In this document: positions 25,493 to 33,642 of the stretch, piece after piece
How positions within the stretch are numbered: the stretch's first letter is position 1
Layout of the letters: the number at the start of each line of letters is the position of its first letter
NCBI GenBank assembly: GCA_013811945.1
Contig: JACCUI010000284.1
Coordinates: 10,104 to 74,103, forward strand
Source: Pyrinomonadaceae bacterium
GTDB lineage: Bacteria; Acidobacteriota; Blastocatellia; Pyrinomonadales; Pyrinomonadaceae
Length of the DNA: 64,000 nucleotides
Direction: 5' to 3'
Notes under the pieces: model-generated
Told to the model about the DNA's origin: nothing
Database searches by the model: none
The model's input: only the letters and a program-made list of their open reading frames with translations
Position numbers and translations under genes: made by a program

Positions 25493-26878
25493 TCAGTTCT
25501 TAAACGACCTGCGATCCAGGGCGTGCTTGCTGACCAGGCGTTGAAACGAGCGCCGATCCTTTCCCGCCGCCCTGGCAGCTTGAGAAATATTTCCGCCGTG
25601 AGTCGCAAGCAGGGTGGCAAGGAAATTACGCTCGAACTGCCCAATCGCTAAGGACTTCCCACGGCGGAATTGCTCGGGCTGAGAGGCGATTCGATCATTG
25701 AATTTGGGTAGTTCGAGGTCTTCTGGGGTTAACACTTCGGACTCCTGTAAAACGATTGCGCGCTGAATAACCCCTTCCAACTCGCGCACGTTGCCGGGCC
25801 ATGAATAGTTCAGGAGCTTACTCATCGCCTCTTCAGAGAGGCGCGGTGTTAGCCGGTCATGCTCCCTGGCGTACACAGACAAAAAGTGTGAGGCCAGCGC
25901 AAGCACATCAGTGCCTCTATCACGCAGGGCCGGGATTAGGAGCGAGAGCACATTCAATCGATAGTGTAGATCCTCGCGAAAAAGCTTGAGCTCAACCGAA
26001 CGATACAAGTCAGTATTAGTGGCCGCGATAATGCGCACATCTGCGACCAATGCCCGCGAGGAACCGAGAGGCCGGTACTCGCCACTTTGCAGAAAGCGAA
26101 GAAGCTTGATTTGAGCGGCCGGCGACAAAGCGTCAACCTCATCAAGAAATAGAGTTCCCCCCTCTGCCTCGGTGATCAGACCATTTTCAGCGGTCGAGGC
26201 GCTCGTATAAGCGCCCTTTAAGTGACCAAAGAGCTCGTTTTCAAACAAGTCATCAGGAAGCGCACCACAGTTGACTGGAATAAACGGTTTACCTTTTCTG
26301 ACACTCTGATAATGAATTGCCCTCGCCAGTAGTTCCTTTCCACTTCCCGTTTCTCCCGAAATAACCACGGGCGCCTTCGATTGAGCTAACAAACCAACCT
26401 TACGCAGGACCTTCAAGAAGGTCTCGCTTCCGCCCACCAGCAAGTCTAGCTCTCGCCAGTTCTCTATAGCTTGATGAGGCAAGCTCGGTTCAGTTTGCCG
26501 TTTGACCTTGAGGAGACGCTTGATCCGAAGCGACAACTCATTATCTTGATAGGGACAGACCAGAAAATCATCGACGTCGATTAGAGCTGGCGGAATCTGC
26601 CAGTTGTGTTTCACTTCCTGGTCACACAGAAGGGCAAATGTCTTGGCAGAGGCCCACGTCTTCTTGAAGAGCTTCATGCCTTGCCTGGTCCAGTCCTGAA
26701 GTAAGAAGCGCGGCAAGATGAGGTCGGGAATGAGATTGATATCTGTCTGTGGAGATTCTATGGATGTTTCCTGAACACTATCGAAGAAGGCGGCACGCCT
26801 AAGCAAGGTAATCAACGAGCCACAATTATGCGAACAAGGGGTGAAGCCATTTCCATTGATAATCAGCACGTTTCGCAC
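25493..26878 (-). CDS. Sigma-54-dependent transcriptional activator (bEBP) with a degenerate receiver-like N-terminal domain
   Basis: AAA+ core VVISGETGSGKELLARAIHYQS...ENELFGHLKGAYTSA (GAFTGA-loop variant)...TLFLDEVDAL...RIIAATN. C-terminal Fis-type HTH GNISQAARAAGKDRRSFQRL. GTG start. Confidence 0.9.
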   Translation of the reverse strand: MRNVLIINGNGFTPCSHNCGSLITLLRRAAFFDSVQETSIESPQTDINLIPDLILPRFLLQDWTRQGMKLFKKTWASAKTFALLCDQEVKHNWQIPPALIDVDDFLVCPYQDNELSLRIKRLLKVKRQTEPSLPHQAIENWRELDLLVGGSETFLKVLRKVGLLAQSKAPVVISGETGSGKELLARAIHYQSVRKGKPFIPVNCGALPDDLFENELFGHLKGAYTSASTAENGLITEAEGGTLFLDEVDALSPAAQIKLLRFLQSGEYRPLGSSRALVADVRIIAATNTDLYRSVELKLFREDLHYRLNVLSLLIPALRDRGTDVLALASHFLSVYAREHDRLTPRLSEEAMSKLLNYSWPGNVRELEGVIQRAIVLQESEVLTPEDLELPKFNDRIASQPEQFRRGKSLAIGQFERNFLATLLATHGGNISQAARAAGKDRRSFQRLVSKHALDRRSFKN

Positions 26879-27426
26879 TATGTTGCACCCAGGTTGATCC
26901 TGCTCCTATAAGGCGTTAGACGCCTCCGCGACGTGCATCGGTCCGATGCTCGAACCGAAAACACATTCCTCAGTGTCTTCTTTGATCGTTCGTTCTGGGC
27001 GGCGCCAACGAGCGAGAGTTACTCCTTTGGCTTGATTTGTGAGCAGAGTATAGGAAACTGCTAATACTGGGTCAAATAAATCTTCAAGAAAGACCGTAAT
27101 ATTCAAGGCGCGCCGGGCGGGGACGCGGCGCCGCCCACGATTCCCTTTACGTTGGCCAGCGATTTCTTTCAGCCTTGTGAGCCCAAGCTCATTAGCGATC
27201 GCTGTTACCGATTAGAACTTGTGCAAGCAACTTCAGAGGTTGAGACAATCCTGTGACAGCGATACGCGCAAACACCCCCTAATCACTTTCAGATCAGGCG
27301 GAGCAATGGAATTCTGCCTTATGATCCAAAATCTCCTACAAAACTGCTTATTTGTTCGTTCATGGAGATCGATAACCCACAGCGCGCAATGACGTGTCTA
27401 GAACATCGCCGTTATTATTAGGACCC

Positions 27427-27740
27427 GACGTCGGCATCGCAGGCAACGGCCTTCGCCCGATTCACACCGTACGAATCGCAGCCGACCACGCGGTTCCCAC
27501 CCGTGAGAACTTAAGCTTTCGTTACTCAGGGTCTGAGCCTCTGAAAATTTCGGCCCTTTTTTGCACCTCTTCCTAATCTCTAAAGTTGTTGTATCCTGAG
27601 GGTCAAATTTTCTGCTCACAATTTGGACCCAACCAAGAAATAAGGCCGCCAATGCTGGCAGTCATAAATAGTTGTCGAATATGATTTTAGATTGGTCGGG
27701 GCGAAAGGATTCGAACCTCCGACACTCACGGTCCCGAACC
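27427..27740. repeat. Direct repeat copy 1 (~314 bp), ending in a tRNA-Pro 3' fragment
   Basis: Alignable along its whole length with 29690-30008 (GACGTCGGC...CGAATCGCAGCCGACCAC.CGGTTCCCACCCGTGA...TTGGTCGGGGCGA.AGGATTCGAACCTCCGAC), with scattered substitutions and small indels. Confidence 0.85.
27693..27740 (-). pseudogene. tRNA-Pro 3' fragment (CCA end through anticodon loop); att-like remnant
   Basis: TGGTCGGGGCGAAAGGATTCGAACCTCCGACACTCACGGTCCCGAACC matches the 3' 47 nt of the intact tRNA at 29962-30008 apart from one substitution and one 1-nt indel. Similarity stops inside the anticodon stem. Confidence 0.85.
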
Positions 27741-28448
27741 TTAACGCCGTCAAAAACGTAAGTTTGACTTTTCTGGGGTTGCAGCCACCACGCGATTTGG
27801 GCCGTTTTTACATTTCTTCACATTTCTTACAGTTTCTTCTACCCATCTTGTCGGATTATCCGGCCACAGTTTGGCCATAATTTCGTGGTCTCGTAAAGCG
27901 CGGCGGTGAAGCTGATCGCCGACCGAATCACAGCTGAGCCAATAGTGGTTCCCTTCCCTCGCATGGCTTCATTCCTTGATCCTCTCACCTTTTTCATCAT
28001 GACTACATCTCATGATAGAGAATCTGTGACTGTTGATGACGCGTCGGTGACCATGCTCTTCGAACAACGTTTAGCTGATTTAGATTGTGTTTCACGGATT
28101 CGTCCCTTGTCGTTGCTAAAAACTCGATTCGGACAGCGAGATTGAACGACGACGTTCAATTCGGCGGTCTTCGGTGCCACGCAATTACTGTCTCCGGCTT
28201 AGCGATGACGGGCGCAGAGCGTCACTGCCCCGAGTACACCCAAAGCAAGCGGTCGGAGGTTCTCAGGGCTCGGCCGCTTGTTCGTCCGCCGCGGCCGTAG
28301 AGCAAGAACCTAGATCTGCATACTTGCTCCGGTCCGAAAACACGAGCGTAGAGGGAATGAAGATAGGACAGCTTTCATGGCAACGGAAGTTAGCAGCCGC
28401 AACCGCTAACTTCAATGGTTTACGGCTACCCGCCATGTTGCCAAAGTT

Positions 28449-28480
28449 GCCATATGGCGGCTATACTGGTGCCATATGGC
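28449..28480 (+). promoter_or_regulatory. Two perfect GCCATATGGC palindromes (candidate TA operator)
   Basis: GCCATATGGC at 28449-28458 and 28471-28480, 22 bp centre to centre. The second overlaps the antitoxin ATG. Confidence 0.4.
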
Positions 28481-28991
28481 CATATCGATGAAACAGGCAG
28501 GTAGAGGGCAAAAACTAAAGACGCCCGGACGCGCGTCCAAGCGAGCTGCGGGCGGAACCTCCCGAGCCAGTCAGACCATGCGCTCAGACTATAAGACGCT
28601 AATTGGTCTCGAAGCCAAAAACGTCCTAGCCGTGGTGGAGGACGTAGAAAGAGGATTGCCTTTCAGTACCGTAGAACTTCTCCGGCAGGAAATGGAACTG
28701 TCCACCAAGACAATGGCCGAAGTGCTGCAGGTCAAGTTGAGAACACTGCTCCGTCGCAAAGAGGAAGGCCGATTGCACCCCGACGAATCTGACCGCGTGA
28801 TTCGCGCCTCTCGCCTCTTCGCTCGGGCAGTGGCCTTATTTGATGGAAACACTGAGTCGGCGAGACAGTGGCTCTTTGAGCCGCAGCGCGCATTGGGAGG
28901 CGCCATTCCCTTGGAGGTAGCGAGGACTGAGGTCGGAGCGCGGGAAGTCGAGCAAATCATCGGTAGGTTGGAGCACGGTGTCTTCACCTAA
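28476..28991 (+). CDS. Xre/DUF2384-type antitoxin (ParS/MbcA-like)
   Basis: The C-terminal ARQWLFEPQRALGGAIPLEVARTEVGAREVEQIIGRLEHGVF is the DUF2384 signature. 1-nt overlap with the RES toxin gene. Confidence 0.8.
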   Translation: MAISMKQAGRGQKLKTPGRASKRAAGGTSRASQTMRSDYKTLIGLEAKNVLAVVEDVERGLPFSTVELLRQEMELSTKTMAEVLQVKLRTLLRRKEEGRLHPDESDRVIRASRLFARAVALFDGNTESARQWLFEPQRALGGAIPLEVARTEVGAREVEQIIGRLEHGVFT

Positions 28992-29455
28992 TGGTGACTG
29001 CTTGGAGGATCGTCGCCACGCGCTTTGCGTTAGACGCCTTCAGTGGAGAGGGGGCTTGGCGCTACGGTGGTCGTTGGAACAGTCCTGGGGTGTGGATGGT
29101 TTACACGGCAGGCAGCATATCGCTCGCCTTGTTGGAGTTGCTTGTACATCTGAACGGTTCTGACGTGTTGGGCTCATATTCGCGATGCGCTGTCCGTTTC
29201 GATGAGTCACTGGTTACATCACTCCCCGTAGCTAAGCTCCCTTGGGACTGGCGCGGTTCGCCAGCGCCTGCAGCCCTGCAGGCGCTGGGAGACGAGTGGA
29301 TTTCTTCACTCTCGTCGGTGGTGCTGAAAGTTCCTAGCGCAATCATTGATGAAGAAAGTAGTTACTTGATCAATCCTGAGCATGAAGACTTTCGGCTGCT
29401 GGAACTCGGGGATCCTCAACCCTTCGACCTAGATCCTCGGTTGGCGGATAAGTAA
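28991..29455 (+). CDS. RES-domain toxin (ParT/MbcT-like)
   Basis: WRIVATRF...GEGAWRYGGRWNSPGVWMVYTAGSISLALLELLVH supplies the R...E...S motif context. Typical ~150-aa size and pairing. Confidence 0.8.
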   Translation: MVTAWRIVATRFALDAFSGEGAWRYGGRWNSPGVWMVYTAGSISLALLELLVHLNGSDVLGSYSRCAVRFDESLVTSLPVAKLPWDWRGSPAPAALQALGDEWISSLSSVVLKVPSAIIDEESSYLINPEHEDFRLLELGDPQPFDLDPRLADK

Positions 29456-29689
29456 CCCTGGGTGCATGCTTGCTCATGTCCAGAAACACCAGCGCAGCAT
29501 AGAAAGAAACGACGAAGGAGAAGAGCTCTCAGGCATGTGCGAGGTTAATCGCCGTCACTGCTAACTTCATAACTTGGATTGTGGGACGGGTTTTTGGCTA
29601 GGGACAATAGTTTTCCGGCTTCAGCAGAAGTGAGTTCAGCGATAGCCCACACAGCTCAACGACGAGTCGCCCAGATAATCTAAGAACAC

Positions 29690-30038
<349 letters not shown>

Positions 30039-30161
30039 ACAGAAAACTCAAAGCAACTGGATACTAGGTTAAGGGCAGAGTTAAGTCAAATATACCCCGT
30101 TGCGGTTAGCGTCATCGTCTCAGTTCCGACGTCCCTGCAACAGAAGGAGTCATACAAGAAC

Positions 30162-30227
30162 GATCCACGAAATCACACCAAATGGCACGAAACGACTTTT
30201 GTGTTCATTCGTGTAATGTCGTGGATC
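30162..30227. repeat. Intergenic palindromic repeat, copy A (GATCCACGAAATCACAC ... GTGTAATGTCGTGGATC)
   Basis: 66-bp imperfect hairpin, followed on the plus strand by GTTTTTT. Lies between tRNA-Pro and the dedA-like gene. Confidence 0.8.
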
Positions 30228-30320
30228 GTTTTTTGCCGATCGCCCTCTCCGACTGTGATTCTACCGAGTTGCGTGAAGCCAAATAACACGCGCTGATCCA
30301 AATCACTGTTAGCGTTGAAA

Positions 30321-31019
30321 TCAAATTTCTGCGTTGGATGCTCGCGTCGCACGCGCTTTCTCACGTCTCGATTTGATGAACTCAATGAACGGCGGCATGA
30401 GAGAGAGCAGCACGACTATAATGACGACCCATTCGATATGCTCGTCGAGATCAATATCGAATCTCGACTTGAGGATGCTTCCCAGAAAATAGCCGCCCAG
30501 AAGCATACTAAAAACCCAGAGGAAGCCGCCGGCAACGTTGAATACCACAAAACGACGGTAAGGCATCTGGGCTGCCCCGGCAACTAACGGCGCGAAGGTG
30601 CGAACAATTGGTACGAAGCGCGCGATGACAATCGTCTTACCTCCATACTTCTCATAAAAAGCATGAGCTTTCTGAAGGTGACTGGGTCGAAATAGGAGTG
30701 ACTTCTGTTTCTTGAAGAGTCGTGGCCCCATTCTGGCTCCGGTGAAGTAGCCTACAGCATCACCCACTACCGCCGCGACGAATAATGTACTCAATAATAT
30801 CGCCAGGTTTAGTTTGCCAGTTGCCGCGAAAAGACCAGCCACCACCAGGAGCGAATCGCCAGGCAGGAAGAAGCCGACTGCCAATCCCGTTTCAGCAAAG
30901 ACGATGAAGATCAATCCCAGGTAAACAAAGGTGCCGCCCTTGGCCAAGAGTGTCTCAATAATAATCTTTGGATTGAGAAGCTCTCTCAGTTGATGAAATA
31001 GTTCTGAAAGTGTATCCAT
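30321..31019 (-). CDS. DedA-family (VTT domain) membrane protein
   Basis: FFLPGDSLLVVAGLFAA...YFTGARMGPRLF...YGGKTIVIARFVPIVRTFAPLVAG. The internal ATG at 31019 (MDTLSELF) is the preferred start; the ORF extends to 31118. Confidence 0.85.
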   Translation of the reverse strand: MDTLSELFHQLRELLNPKIIIETLLAKGGTFVYLGLIFIVFAETGLAVGFFLPGDSLLVVAGLFAATGKLNLAILLSTLFVAAVVGDAVGYFTGARMGPRLFKKQKSLLFRPSHLQKAHAFYEKYGGKTIVIARFVPIVRTFAPLVAGAAQMPYRRFVVFNVAGGFLWVFSMLLGGYFLGSILKSRFDIDLDEHIEWVVIIVVLLSLMPPFIEFIKSRREKARATRASNAEI

Positions 31020-31259
31020 ATTTTCCAGCGTTACAGATCGAGATTCAGACAGAACCGTTTGCGGTAGCCAATGGTTGCTGGCATTCAACCTGAGTGTCAA
31101 CCACAGGATGGTTGACAAGCACTAGCGAAAACTCTTCGGCCAATATTGTTTCGAAAGCCAACAGTGCGCAATCCGGAATTAAATAGCCGGTTGAATGCCA
31201 GCATCCATTGGCTACTGCAAACGGTTCTGTATTGAGCGGCGACGTTGCGCGCCGTCAGA

Positions 31260-32024
31260 TCACTCCTTCTCAGATGGCTTTCCTTGCTGTGCTGACCAAC
31301 CGTGATGTCCTATAAGCGGTACGAAAGCGCAGGCGCCATGATCCTCGCGTTCAATTCCCTTCTCCGTTTTGGTGACGCGCACCAGAGTCTGAGACTCCCG
31401 TGTGGCGCCGATTGGAAGCACTAAGCGGCCACCGACTTTCAGCTGGGCAACCAGAGGTTCGGGTATGTTTGGTCCACCTGCGGCGACGAGAATCGCATCG
31501 TAGGGTGCATTCGCCGCCCAACCCAGCGTACCGTCGAAACATTTGACCGTGGCGTTATATATCCCCAGTGCTCGGATTCGCGTTTGGGCTTCGCGAGCAA
31601 GATTCCCGATTCGCTCAAGGGCATAAACCTGACCTGCGACTCTTGCAAGCACTGCGGTTTGATAACCCGACCCTGCACCAACTTCCAACACGCGGCTCTC
31701 TTTGTCAATGCGGAGCAGTTCCGTCATTCGGGCAACTATGTAGGGCTGAGAAATAGTTTGATTAGCGCTGATGGGGAGTGCGTGATCGCCGTAGGCGCGG
31801 CTTTGGAGAGCGTCGGGAACGAACGCGTGACGCGGTACCGCGCGCATCGCCTCCAGGACCGACCCGTCGCGAATGCCGTAGTGCTCACTAAGCCGAGCGA
31901 CCATTCGCGCGCGTGGAATCGTGTAGTCTTGCGACCGCTCTGATGGCTGTTGACCTGTTGATTGCACAGATGCAGTTTCGAGTTTAGAGTCTCGTGGTTT
32001 GGTCTGAATGCCATTTTTAGGCAT
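31260..32024 (-). CDS. pcm: Protein-L-isoaspartate O-methyltransferase
   Basis: RHAFVP...AYGDHALPISANQTISQPYIVARMTELL...VLEVGAGSGYQTAVLA. Classical surE-pcm neighbourhood. Confidence 0.9.
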   Translation of the reverse strand: MPKNGIQTKPRDSKLETASVQSTGQQPSERSQDYTIPRARMVARLSEHYGIRDGSVLEAMRAVPRHAFVPDALQSRAYGDHALPISANQTISQPYIVARMTELLRIDKESRVLEVGAGSGYQTAVLARVAGQVYALERIGNLAREAQTRIRALGIYNATVKCFDGTLGWAANAPYDAILVAAGGPNIPEPLVAQLKVGGRLVLPIGATRESQTLVRVTKTEKGIEREDHGACAFVPLIGHHGWSAQQGKPSEKE

Positions 32025-32080
32025 TCTCTCTCAGCTGCCTCGGGTTATCTATAGTGGGTATTTCGAGTCTTACAGAAGGC

Positions 32081-32144
32081 GATCCACGAAATCACACGAA
32101 CCAACACGAAGAATTTAGTAACATTTCGTGTTATTTCGTGGATC
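32081..32144. repeat. Intergenic palindromic repeat, copy B
   Basis: GATCCACGAAATCACACGAACCAACACGAA...TTCGTGTTATTTCGTGGATC, between surE and pcm. Confidence 0.8.
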
Positions 32145-32267
32145 GTTTCCTCGAAGACTCGCAATGAGCCCCGAAGCCAACTGAAAACATGACACTACCA
32201 AGCTATCTCGTTATTGTTTAGTCCCAGCACCTGTTGAACCTTGGAACCCTGGACTCGAAACTCTTTA

Positions 32268-33038
32268 TCAACTTTCGTGTACCAGCTCCGCGCCTTTCAA
32301 GTAGTTCCACGTCTCGATCGATGTTAACGCCTGGTGATCGGTCATGTCACTTCTGAGCGGCGTAACCGATACATAGCCAGAATCAATGGCGTAGTAATCC
32401 GTGCCGTCGGCAGAGTTGGTATTAAAGTATTCTTCGCCAATCCAGAAGTAGGGCTTTCCCCGAGGGTCGATGTGTTCGGTGATTACTGGCCGGGCGTTCT
32501 TAATTCCCTGTCGAGTGACCTTGACGCCTTTAATTTCACCGGGTGGAAAGTTAATGTTCAGCAGCGTGCCCTCCGGGAGACCCTCAGCCAGAACCTTTCG
32601 CACGGCCGTGACCGCAAACTGCGCCGCCGCCGTGAAATCAAAATTCTCTCGGGCGACCAAACTGAATGCCAAACCCGGCACACCCAGGATGGTCGCTTCT
32701 AATGCTCCCGCCACTGTACCTGAATAGGTGGCGTCATCCCCCAGGTTGCCACCGTGATTGATGCCCGAAGCACAGATGTCTGGCAAATCTTCGGCTGGTA
32801 GGATTTTATTTAGGGCCAGGGTGACGCAGTCGGTGGGTGTGCCATCCACCGTCCAATGACGCGCATCGACCTGGCGGATGCGAAGGGGTCGGGCGAGCGT
32901 GAGACTGTGTGACGCGCCGCTCATCTCCGACGCCGGAGCAACCACATAAACATCGCCCACGGCTCGCAGGGCGTGTTCGAGCTGAATCAGCCCATCTGAG
33001 TGAATGCCGTCGTCATTTGTCAGAAGGATACGCGTCAT
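32268..33038 (-). CDS. surE: 5'/3'-nucleotidase SurE
   Basis: MTRILLTNDDGIHSDGL...GINHGGNLGDDATYSGTVAGA. Confidence 0.9.
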   Translation of the reverse strand: MTRILLTNDDGIHSDGLIQLEHALRAVGDVYVVAPASEMSGASHSLTLARPLRIRQVDARHWTVDGTPTDCVTLALNKILPAEDLPDICASGINHGGNLGDDATYSGTVAGALEATILGVPGLAFSLVARENFDFTAAAQFAVTAVRKVLAEGLPEGTLLNINFPPGEIKGVKVTRQGIKNARPVITEHIDPRGKPYFWIGEEYFNTNSADGTDYYAIDSGYVSVTPLRSDMTDHQALTSIETWNYLKGAELVHES

Positions 33039-33178
33039 AGGGAAGCTCTAATCCAGTATTCGAGTGCGCGCCAGGGCCGGCTGACCTGGTCTCTTGAGCG
33101 CATCCACTTCCGATTGCACTAGGGGTTAACTGATGAGAGGAGCACGAGTGCGTGCTGCACTGCTGAAGGCTGTCCCAA

Positions 33179-33385
33179 CTAGTCGCGAGGAGTGCTGCGC
33201 ATACGGCCCTTCTTCTTGTTCCGCTTGCGCGCAAGCGCCGACTTTAACTTTGCCTTCTGTCCTGGCGGGATGAAGAACGCGTGCTTCTTGGCGTCCTTAA
33301 TTATCTCTTCTGTCATCACCTTGCGCTTGAAGCGGCGCAATGCGCTTTCGATCGATTCGCCCTGGTTAACCGTAACTATTGCCAT
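33179..33385 (-). CDS. rpsU: 30S ribosomal protein S21
   Basis: GESIESALRRFKRKVMTEEIIKDAKKHAFFIPPGQKAKLKSALARKR. Confidence 0.9.
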   Translation of the reverse strand: MAIVTVNQGESIESALRRFKRKVMTEEIIKDAKKHAFFIPPGQKAKLKSALARKRNKKKGRMRSTPRD

Positions 33386-33642
33386 TCTTTCTCCGTCTCT
33401 CTGTTAGTCCAAATGTTATGTGCGGAACATATTTAACACGCGCACAACGCCCGCGGTCAAGTTGGCAATGCGCTAGCTCTACAAACTGAAAGTCCAACAC
33501 CCAATATCGAATAACAACTTCAGACATTGGACGTCGGACTTTCGGACTGTTAACGCCCGGCTCGCCAAAACCTCGTCACGTCGAGAATCCCGTATCCACC
33601 CATCACCCGCTCGGCGCGCGGAGGCACTGGGACTCGCACCGG

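Larger units (their letters stand above)
27741..29689. mobile_element. Remnant genomic islet bracketed by tRNA-Pro-derived direct repeats (cargo: RES/Xre TA pair; no integrase)
   Basis: Lies between the tRNA 3' fragment and the 3' end of the intact tRNA-Pro. Only the TA pair is convincingly coding. The rest looks decayed. Confidence 0.45.

Noticed and set aside
25111-25651. Track ORFs 25111..25644 (-), 25250..25471 (-) and 25271..25651 (+) in the activator to small-gene spacer
   Set aside because: They overlap each other and the 3' end of the bEBP gene. The region is packed with inverted and direct repeats and is better explained as regulatory DNA.
26906-27106. 66-aa minus-strand ORF upstream of the bEBP gene
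   Set aside because: No SD, no motif and no partner gene, so it cannot be supported as coding.
27741-28475. Possible integrase remnant or other genes inside the islet (track ORFs 27906..28145, 28085..28300, 28174..28491, and a minus-strand frame ending ...IMAKLWPDNPTRWVEE)
   Set aside because: No tyrosine-recombinase motifs (R..H-x-x-R..Y) could be found in any frame. The frames are short and the sequences unconvincing.
29559-29568. GCTAACTTCA occurring both upstream (28405-28414) and downstream of the TA pair, as possible cassette boundaries
   Set aside because: A 10-nt match in a 64-kb window is within chance expectation, and no extended flanking similarity was seen.
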